A stretch of 64,000 nt of DNA. It comes from Alphaproteobacteria bacterium. GTDB taxonomy: Bacteria > Pseudomonadota > Alphaproteobacteria > CBCXTS01. Under the pieces are notes generated by a model. That model saw only the letters and a program-made list of their open reading frames with translations. It ran no database searches and had not been told where the DNA came from. This document shows positions 57,087 through 64,000 of the stretch, piece after piece. A program made the position numbers and the translations under genes. The stretch is from contig CBCXTS010000005.1 in assembly GCA_965178085.1 (NCBI GenBank), positions 27,811-91,810 of the forward strand. The letters are read 5' to 3'. Numbering within the stretch: the first letter of the stretch is position 1; each line of letters opens with the position of its first letter.

Positions 57087-58355
57087 TTAAAGCGTTATTT
57101 GTGTTTTACCTTGCATATAAGGCTGTAAAACTTTTGGTATTTGTATTGAGCCATCTTTTTGTTGATAATTTTCTAAAACAGCAATCAACGCCCTACCAAC
57201 AGCAAGACCTGATCCATTGAGTGTATGTATATACTCACTTTTTCTGTTGGTGCCTTTTAAGCGTGCATTCATCCTACGAGCTTGAAAATCGCAACAATTG
57301 GAACAGCTTGAAATTTCACGATAAGCATCTTCTCCTGGAAGCCACACTTCAATATCATAGGTTTTGGCTGCCCCAAACCCCATATCACCAGTACAAAGTG
57401 TTATGGTTCGATAGGCAATCTCTAAATATTCAAGAATTTTTTCTGCAGCACGTGTCATATGCTCCAACTCATCCCATGATTGCTCAGGAGTAGTGATTGA
57501 AACCATCTCAACCTTAGAAAATTGATGCTGGCGTATCATGCCTCTAGTGTCTTTGCCTGCAGCGCCTGCTTCGCGACGAAAACACGACGTCCATGCACAA
57601 TATCTTTTTGGCAAATCCTGCTCATTAAAATGGCTATTCATTGCTTGACCTGTCAGTGGCACTTCTGCCGTTGGCAATAACCATCGATCGTCTGTTGTTA
57701 AAAACAGATCATTAGCAAATTTTGGCAATTGCCCTGTGCCATAAACTGTTTGACTGCGTATTAGGGCTGGCGGGATTGTTTCTTCATATCCATGCTCATG
57801 AACATGGACATCCAACATAAAATTACCCAATGCTCGCTCAAGCTGTGCAAGAGCTCCGCGTAAAATCACAAAACGTGCACCTGAAATGGTTGATGCGGTT
57901 TCAAAATCCATCATTGCCAAGGCTTCTCCAAGCTCAAAATGGCGTTTTGGTACAAAATCAAACTCCTTAATCGTACCATGTTTGCGCAGCTCTACATTAG
58001 CGCTTTCATCTACACCTATTGGTACATCTTCAGCTGGAATATTTGGCAATTGCTCCAATATTGCCTTTAAATCGCCATCAAGCTGTTTTTGGCGCATCTC
58101 GAGGGCTTCAATTTGGCCTTTAATTGCCTTCATATCTGCAATTGAATCTTGCTCATGAATGCCTTTTTTTTGTGCTTGACCAATAGCGCGTGATACCTGA
58201 TTACGTTTGCTTTGCAACAATTGTAGCTCGGTTAGGGTTTGTCTATATTGCTTGTCAATTGCAAGACACATATCTGCGTGGGCTTCTAAGCCACGACTTG
58301 CAAGTGCTTGATCAAATTTTTGAGGATTTTCACGAAGAGCTTTGATATCATGCAT
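57087..58355 (-). CDS. serS: Serine--tRNA ligase
   Basis: 422 aa. N-terminal coiled-coil arm and class II synthetase motifs (FRREAG, GSGLAVGR). Confidence 0.95.
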   Translation of the reverse strand: MHDIKALRENPQKFDQALASRGLEAHADMCLAIDKQYRQTLTELQLLQSKRNQVSRAIGQAQKKGIHEQDSIADMKAIKGQIEALEMRQKQLDGDLKAILEQLPNIPAEDVPIGVDESANVELRKHGTIKEFDFVPKRHFELGEALAMMDFETASTISGARFVILRGALAQLERALGNFMLDVHVHEHGYEETIPPALIRSQTVYGTGQLPKFANDLFLTTDDRWLLPTAEVPLTGQAMNSHFNEQDLPKRYCAWTSCFRREAGAAGKDTRGMIRQHQFSKVEMVSITTPEQSWDELEHMTRAAEKILEYLEIAYRTITLCTGDMGFGAAKTYDIEVWLPGEDAYREISSCSNCCDFQARRMNARLKGTNRKSEYIHTLNGSGLAVGRALIAVLENYQQKDGSIQIPKVLQPYMQGKTQITL

Positions 58356-58461
58356 GATAGGTTTAACTTTTCTTTCAATATTGTATTAACTTCAATCGAT
58401 GTCCAACATAATCTTAATGAATCCAAACCATCAAAGCTTTGATGATTTAAGCATTAACAAT

Positions 58462-59280
58462 TTACTCTTTTGATGCACCACCACTAGAGTCTAAGCCATT
58501 AGAGGCTGATCCATTAAGGGTTGGTTTTTCTATAAACACTGCGCATAAAATGGACAATTCATATAGTATAATAATAGGTATTGCCAATCCTATTTGCGAC
58601 AACGGATCAGGCGGCGTTAAAATTGCCGCTGCTACAAAGGCACTAACAATTGCATAACGGCGCTTTTTTTTAAGCCCTTGCGCGCTTGTTATACCAGCTC
58701 GTACCATCAAGGTTAGTATAACAGGCAACTCAAAACTTATACCAAAAGCAAAAATCAAACGCATCACTAAACTAAGATATTCATTAACTTTAGGCTCAAT
58801 TTCAATAGCCAATAACCCGTCTCCGCCTGCTTGCTGAAACCCTAAAAAAAACTTCCACGCAACCGGTAGCACCAAATAATATACAAAAGCACCCCCTAAA
58901 ATAAACAATATAGGGGTTGCTACTAAAAACGGCAAAAAAGCCTTTTTCTCTTGGGCATAAAGACCTGGGGCAATAAATATCCAAAGCTGGGCTGTAATGA
59001 CTGGAAATGCAAGACAAAACCCTGCAAAAAATCCTATTTTAATTTGCGTAAAAAACTGCTCATGCAATGCCGTTGCAATCATGCGCCGGTTTGTCTCTTC
59101 TTGCCATAATTCTGCCAATGGAGCAGCCAGAAAATTATAAATCGGTTGGGCAAAATAAAAACAAATCATAAAACCTATCAATAATGCCGCCCCTGCAATG
59201 ATAAATCGCCTGCGTAACTCAACCAGATGGTCTTGCAACGACATTTTAATATCATCTTCTGGATCAAGAGCTTTTATCAT
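58462..59280 (-). CDS. tatC: Twin-arginine translocase subunit TatC
   Basis: 272 aa, six TM helices, conserved HLVELRRR N-terminal block. Confidence 0.9.
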   Translation of the reverse strand: MIKALDPEDDIKMSLQDHLVELRRRFIIAGAALLIGFMICFYFAQPIYNFLAAPLAELWQEETNRRMIATALHEQFFTQIKIGFFAGFCLAFPVITAQLWIFIAPGLYAQEKKAFLPFLVATPILFILGGAFVYYLVLPVAWKFFLGFQQAGGDGLLAIEIEPKVNEYLSLVMRLIFAFGISFELPVILTLMVRAGITSAQGLKKKRRYAIVSAFVAAAILTPPDPLSQIGLAIPIIILYELSILCAVFIEKPTLNGSASNGLDSSGGASKE

Positions 59281-59326
59281 ATCAATTTACGATAATGTTA
59301 TTAGGTTTTGAGGTTTTAAAAGGATC

Positions 59327-59836
59327 TTAAAGGGGTTTTGTTTTGTTTAGAGCAAGTTTTTTGTTAGTCGTTACAGTTTTTTGAGCTTTAGGCGCTTTAT
59401 TTTTAGATTTTGATGCTTGATTGGATGCTTCTATATTTGGTGCAGTTTGGGGTGCAGGCTGTTTGTTGACAATATCATCTTTGTTTAACATATCCTCAAA
59501 ATCTTTTTTGATGGTGGCCAAATCACTACCAAAATCATCATAGCCAGTGTTATCATGAGCAAACTCGCTTTGATTGAAGGCTTGTTTGCCAAAGTTTTTA
59601 ACATCTTTAGCTATGCTGTTAGGGTTAAAGTCTTTTGTTAAATCTTGATCCAATGTGCGCATATCACTGGCATCAGCCATTTCTTCCAGCCCTTGGCGAA
59701 ACTCACTTGCTAGCATGCGCATTTTACGCATTATTGACGTGATAGAGCGTACAATGCGCGGTAGCTCATTGGGCCCAATCACTACAATACCAACCGCCAT
59801 AACTACCAAAAGCTCAGGCCATCCAATATCAAGCAT
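59327..59836 (-). CDS. tatB: Twin-arginine translocase subunit TatB
   Basis: 169 aa. N-terminus MLDIGWPELLVVMAVGIVVIGPNELP, then an amphipathic helix and an acidic/low-complexity tail. Confidence 0.85.
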   Translation of the reverse strand: MLDIGWPELLVVMAVGIVVIGPNELPRIVRSITSIMRKMRMLASEFRQGLEEMADASDMRTLDQDLTKDFNPNSIAKDVKNFGKQAFNQSEFAHDNTGYDDFGSDLATIKKDFEDMLNKDDIVNKQPAPQTAPNIEASNQASKSKNKAPKAQKTVTTNKKLALNKTKPL

Positions 59837-59898
59837 TGCTAATGTACCAATGGATTAAGTTGATGTTGTGCAATCATTGCAATCTAGGTGATGGACAC

Positions 59899-60102
59899 TC
59901 ACACATTATGATCTTGTCGTGATTTGTCATCGCTTATTTCTACCTTTTCTTGGGTAGATGGGGTTTCTTTGACATTTTTTTTAAATGCTTTCAAACCTGA
60001 ACCAAAATCGCCCATCAGTTTAGAAATTTTACCACCACCGCCAAATAATACCAACACAACTGCTAGTACAATGAGCCAATGCCATATTGAAAATGTTCCC
60101 AT
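59899..60102 (-). CDS. tatA: Twin-arginine translocase subunit TatA
   Basis: 67 aa. [42 protein letters not shown]. Confidence 0.9.
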   Translation of the reverse strand: MGTFSIWHWLIVLAVVLVLFGGGGKISKLMGDFGSGLKAFKKNVKETPSTQEKVEISDDKSRQDHNV

Positions 60103-60368
60103 ATGATTATAAATCCTTCAAAATTAATAAAACAGTTTATCTTCTATCATAAATAATTATATAAATCACCTGATCTATTGTTAATGTTATCAAACATTCA
60201 TTTTAAAAACTTCCAACTTGCGTTCAATACCAAGTCCAATACCAAGTTCAAAGCCAAGTTTAATAGCAATTGCAATAATAATTTGCTTGCAATACTAATA
60301 TACTTTGTTCATGCCAGCTACTTGCTAGTCACAAACTATATCCAATGCTTGTAAGACTTGTTGATTGC

Positions 60369-61055
60369 TCAATATAATTTACAAAGCCAGTCGCTTAATC
60401 CATCACAGTGATAATCAATATAGGATGTGTCTTCTCCAGGTTTGCCAAAACCTGCCCCTTCTTCACTGCTATCTTCAACCCAAAGCGTTTTCATACCCAG
60501 CGCAAAAGGTACTTTAAGATTTTGGCTGATATCTTCAACCATGATTGATTTTTTAGGATCAATCGATGACATTTTGAGCATGCTATCATATGGCTCTTGA
60601 AAGGGTTTGGGTATAAAATCTGCAATGCGAATATCAAAAATATCGTCAAAAAAACCAACCAATTGCATTTGCTCAAGCACACAAAGAGCGTGTTCTTTAG
60701 ACCCATTGGTAAAAATATATTTTTTGCCAGATATGTTTTGCAATCCTTTTACAAGCTCCCCATCATAAGGTAATTTTGAATAGTCAATATCATGGACAAA
60801 TGACAAAAACTCTTCTGGATCACATTGATGATTGACCACCATCCCACGCATGGTTGTACCATATCCATGAAAATATTGAGTTTGCAATTGCTTGGCTTGC
60901 TCACGCTCCAAATCAAGGGCTGCCATCACATAATCGGTAATTTTTTTTGACACTTGGCAAAACAAATTATACCGCGCATGATAAATGGTATTATCAAGAT
61001 CAAAAATCCAATGCTCTATATGGCTTAAATCTTGTTTGAATGCGTTTTTGTCCAT
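60369..61055 (-). CDS. HAD-superfamily hydrolase, pyrimidine 5'-nucleotidase-like
   Basis: 228 aa. DxD motif I (WIFDLDNTIY), motif III K and motif IV (MVEDISQN) of HAD subfamily IA. Confidence 0.65.
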   Translation of the reverse strand: MDKNAFKQDLSHIEHWIFDLDNTIYHARYNLFCQVSKKITDYVMAALDLEREQAKQLQTQYFHGYGTTMRGMVVNHQCDPEEFLSFVHDIDYSKLPYDGELVKGLQNISGKKYIFTNGSKEHALCVLEQMQLVGFFDDIFDIRIADFIPKPFQEPYDSMLKMSSIDPKKSIMVEDISQNLKVPFALGMKTLWVEDSSEEGAGFGKPGEDTSYIDYHCDGLSDWLCKLY

Positions 61056-61309
61056 GGGATTACTTTCAAAAAAGTTGATTATGTAGATAATGTTAAAGCC
61101 GATCTTGATGATGGCAATGATGCATAGTTTCCAAGACTTGTATGTGTCAAAAAAAGCTATATTTGCCCAAAATAAACGTCTCCATGCATTGTAGGCAATT
61201 AATCAAAAAACATCGCTTTTAAAAAAAACACATCAAATAAAGATTGCAAACCTATGGTGATTCTAGCTTGGATCAAACTTAGCAATCTTGTTAAGTGATG
61301 GATTTAGGA

Positions 61310-62401
61310 TTAAACATTAAACCTAAAATGCGTAACATCGCCATCTTGCATGATATAATTGCGACCTTCTAGGCGCAATTTACCTTGCGTGCGTGCATTG
61401 GCCTCACCAGCTACATCAACATAATCTTGATAAGCAATGACCTCCGCAGCAATAAACCCTCTAGCAAAATCCGTATGGATCGTGCCAGCGCCTTCTTGGG
61501 CGGTACTATTTTTGCGGATAACCCAAGCGCGTGCTTCTTTAGGCCCTGCTGTAAAAAACGTTATCAGGCCTAGTTTTTCATAGCTTGCTCTAATGAGCAA
61601 ATCAAGCCCTGCCGTTTCGATGCCAAGGCCTTCTAGCATTTCTGCACGATCTTGTGCATCTTGCAATTGGGATAATTGTGATTCAATATTGGCGCAAATA
61701 TTGATCACTGGCACGTGTATATCATCTGCCAATGCTTTGACAGCTTGGCTATAACGATTGCCTTTTTCAATATCTTCTTCACCAACATTGCACACCAATA
61801 TTAACGGTTTTGCAGTTAATAATTGCAGTTGCTTGATCTCATCCATATCCATATCAATGCTTCTGGCTGGTTTTCCTTCTTCCAATACAGGCATAATGGT
61901 AGCAATTTGAGCAAGTAGCTTTTTTGCATCTTTATCATTACCGCGTGCTTTTTTAATCAGCTTTTCTTCTTGCTTTTGTAGGCTATCCATATCGGCTAAA
62001 ATCAGCTCCGTTTCAACAATTTCATAATCACCAGCAGGGTCAACAGCGTTATTGACATGGGTAACATTTTCATCATCAAAGCAACGCAATACATGGCAAA
62101 TGGCATCGACTTCTCGGATATTGGATAAAAATTGATTGCCCAAGCCTTCTCCTTGGGCTGCACCACTAACAAGGCCTGCTATATCTACAAAACTTATCCT
62201 TGTTGGAATGATCACTTTTGAACTTGCCAAATCGCCTAATATTGCAAGGCGTGGGTCTGGCACTTCAACTTGTCCTATATTGGGCTCAATGGTACAAAAT
62301 GGATAATTGGCAGCTTGTGCTTCTTGTGTGCGCGTTAATGCATTAAATAATGTTGATTTTCCTACATTTGGCAATCCAACAATCCCGCAATTCAATCCCA
62401 T
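61310..62401 (-). CDS. ychF: Ribosome-binding ATPase YchF (Obg-family GTPase)
   Basis: 363 aa. P-loop GIVGLPNVGKSTLFNALT, G4 NVGE in place of NKxD (YchF hallmark), C-terminal TGS domain. Confidence 0.95.
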   Translation of the reverse strand: MGLNCGIVGLPNVGKSTLFNALTRTQEAQAANYPFCTIEPNIGQVEVPDPRLAILGDLASSKVIIPTRISFVDIAGLVSGAAQGEGLGNQFLSNIREVDAICHVLRCFDDENVTHVNNAVDPAGDYEIVETELILADMDSLQKQEEKLIKKARGNDKDAKKLLAQIATIMPVLEEGKPARSIDMDMDEIKQLQLLTAKPLILVCNVGEEDIEKGNRYSQAVKALADDIHVPVINICANIESQLSQLQDAQDRAEMLEGLGIETAGLDLLIRASYEKLGLITFFTAGPKEARAWVIRKNSTAQEGAGTIHTDFARGFIAAEVIAYQDYVDVAGEANARTQGKLRLEGRNYIMQDGDVTHFRFNV

Positions 62402-62744
62402 ATTATTTCTCCTAAAACTTCATACCTAATGTAATATCGCCCTAATATCATATTGGCTTTATGTCATTTTAAAAACCCACCAAGTCAAAGCTTACCCAAG
62501 ATTGGGCCCCCAACCTTGGGTAAAGTCCTCATAAAGCTTAAAAATCAATGAAGATCCAAAATAGATACTACTTCAAAACAGATCCTATCGCCTACAATAA
62601 ACGCTATCACAATGCATAATTATTATATGCGACTATTTTTATAGCATTTATATATATAAATATCCAAAATGAACATCAATTTGTAGCAAATAGAACAACT
62701 TGATGCTTGATATTCTTTTACAATCATGTCAATACTTATCTTAT

Positions 62745-62990
62745 GAATGACGGCTTTTCGTGGAAGAGCTCAAGTGATTAGACTTTAAAAAAGCCTTATG
62801 GACTTGGCGCCGAAGGAGCAACAAACCTTCCGGAAACTCTCAGGCAAATGGACCACATCAAGCTATTATCATATCTGGAAAAGATGCTGTTGGGTGATGA
62901 CATCTAGATGTTAACATCAAACAACATCTACCGAAGGGGTAACACTCTCAGGTAACATGACAGATGGAGGGCTCTTAACATCTTATTGTC
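62745..62990 (+). promoter_or_regulatory. Tandem glycine riboswitch (two aptamers) in the gcvT leader
   Basis: Aptamer 1: ggaagag...ggcgccgaaggagcaa...ctctcaggcaaatggacc. Aptamer 2: ...taccgaaggggtaa...ctctcaggtaacatgacagatggag. These match the conserved ACCGAAGGGGCAA / CUCAGGCAAAAGGACAG cores. A 12-bp hairpin (63015-63041, atggttttgcaa-tat-ttgcaaaaccat) and SD aagggag follow before the gcvT ATG. Confidence 0.75.
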
Positions 62991-63065
62991 TAATGTCGGC
63001 CAATATGATGGGTTATGGTTTTGCAATATTTGCAAAACCATACTAAGCAACAAAAGGGAGTTCAA

Positions 63066-64000
63066 ATGTCAGATCAAACAACACAACCTTTGCACAGCAC
63101 TGCGCTAGCAACATTGCATGAATCACTATCAGCACGAATGGTACCTTTTGCTGGATATTCTATGCCTATTCAATATCCATCAGGTATTTTATCAGAGCAT
63201 CATTTTTGCCGTAAAAATGCCTCTATCTTTGATGTCTCGCATATGGGACAAGTGTTTTTACATGGCAATGACGCTTGCAAAAAACTCGAGCAACTTTGCG
63301 CTGCTGATTTACAAGAATTAGCCCCCGGCAAGCAGGTTTACACACAGCTTCTTAATGAAACGGGTACGATTATTGATGATTTAATGGTTGCAAAGCCATC
63401 ATCAGATAGTCCTTTTGCCAATGGTCTGATGCTAGTGATCAATGCAGCACGTAAAACCCAAGATTTGGGCGCCCTTGAACCTATATTTAAAAAAGATTTA
63501 GAGCGGATGGACAATCGCGCAATGATTGCCCTACAAGGTCCAATGGCAGAACAAGCACTTTGTCGTCTCAATAGCGATGTTGCAAAGCTTAATTTTATGG
63601 AATGGGCGCTATTACCGATCAACTCAACACCATGTATTATAACACGCTCAGGCTATACAGGCGAAGATGGTTTTGAAATTTCAATGCCAGACGCTGCGGC
63701 AATATCATTGGTTGAGACTTTATTAAAAGACGAATTGGTTGAGCTTGCAGGCCTTGGCGCACGCGATACATTGCGCCTTGAAGCAGGCTTGTGTCTTTAT
63801 GGTCAAGATATTGATGAAACCACCAGCCCTGTTGAAGCCGGATTGACATGGTCCATTGGCAAGCGTCGCCGGCGCGATGGCGGATTTCAAGGCGATGATC
63901 TTATTTTGCGCCAACTACGCGAAGGCGCAACACGAAAACTTACCGGGTTAGTGTTAGAAGGACGCTCACCTTTGCGCACCAATACATTAATTGCCAATGC
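63066..64000 (+). CDS. gcvT: Glycine cleavage system T protein (aminomethyltransferase), 5' partial in window
   Basis: ATG at 63066 preceded by aagggag. Translation MSDQTTQPLHSTALATLHESLSARMVPFAGYSMPIQYPSGILSEHHFCRKNASIFDVSHMGQ... is the canonical GcvT N-terminus. ORF still open at 64000. Confidence 0.9.
   Translation, partial: MSDQTTQPLHSTALATLHESLSARMVPFAGYSMPIQYPSGILSEHHFCRKNASIFDVSHMGQVFLHGNDACKKLEQLCAADLQELAPGKQVYTQLLNETGTIIDDLMVAKPSSDSPFANGLMLVINAARKTQDLGALEPIFKKDLERMDNRAMIALQGPMAEQALCRLNSDVAKLNFMEWALLPINSTPCIITRSGYTGEDGFEISMPDAAAISLVETLLKDELVELAGLGARDTLRLEAGLCLYGQDIDETTSPVEAGLTWSIGKRRRRDGGFQGDDLILRQLREGATRKLTGLVLEGRSPLRTNTLIAN

Noticed and set aside
62402-62744. AT-rich 340-bp spacer between ychF and the riboswitch, with a 9-bp inverted repeat (ttacccaag...cttgggtaa, ~62485-62520), checked for a tRNA or small RNA
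   Set aside because: No cloverleaf-compatible structure or conserved tRNA boxes were seen. The hairpin has a 14-nt loop and no U-tract, so it is insufficient to call an RNA gene.

Overview
This 64-kb window reads as a low-GC (~40% by eye) alphaproteobacterial chromosome segment, judged from gene content (TatA with WHW motif, eukaryote-type 405-aa NADP-IDH, MidA-like methyltransferase, HldD). It has two very different halves.

**Positions 1-37076 (minus strand).** One uninterrupted open reading frame of more than 12,350 codons. It starts at an ATG at 37074-37076 and has not ended at the window edge. I translated most of it by hand without meeting a stop. It encodes a giant acidic, Ser/Thr/Asp/Gly-rich protein laid out as follows:
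- a ~1000-aa non-repetitive N-terminal region without a Sec signal peptide, containing an RTX-type Ca-binding nonapeptide run ([36 protein letters not shown]);
- about 90-100 tandem 112-aa (336-bp) Ig-like domains of the type found in giant type-I-secreted RTX/LapA/BapA-like adhesins, with the recurring motif ..[64 protein letters not shown]..; these are organised into 1680/1686-bp higher-order repeats (5 units each), including a near-perfect ~2.6-copy 1680-bp array at 28.05-32.41 kb;
- three paralogous ~200-aa non-Ig modules near the 5' end of the window, alternating with Ig-like domains; these are candidate ligand-binding domains.

The short ORFs in the supplied track across this region are frame or strand artefacts of the repeat.

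**Positions 37.3-64 kb.** Ordinary housekeeping genes: lspA-ileS, a JmjC/cupin oxygenase, gltA, tadA, and a long co-directional array icd-glcD-glcE-glcF-hldD-lgt-midA-pgeF. These are followed by a DUF2390-like protein with an MFS transporter, marC, pcm-serS, tatCBA, a HAD nucleotidase, ychF, and a tandem glycine riboswitch in front of a partial gcvT.

No tRNA, rRNA, CRISPR array or mobile element was recognised.
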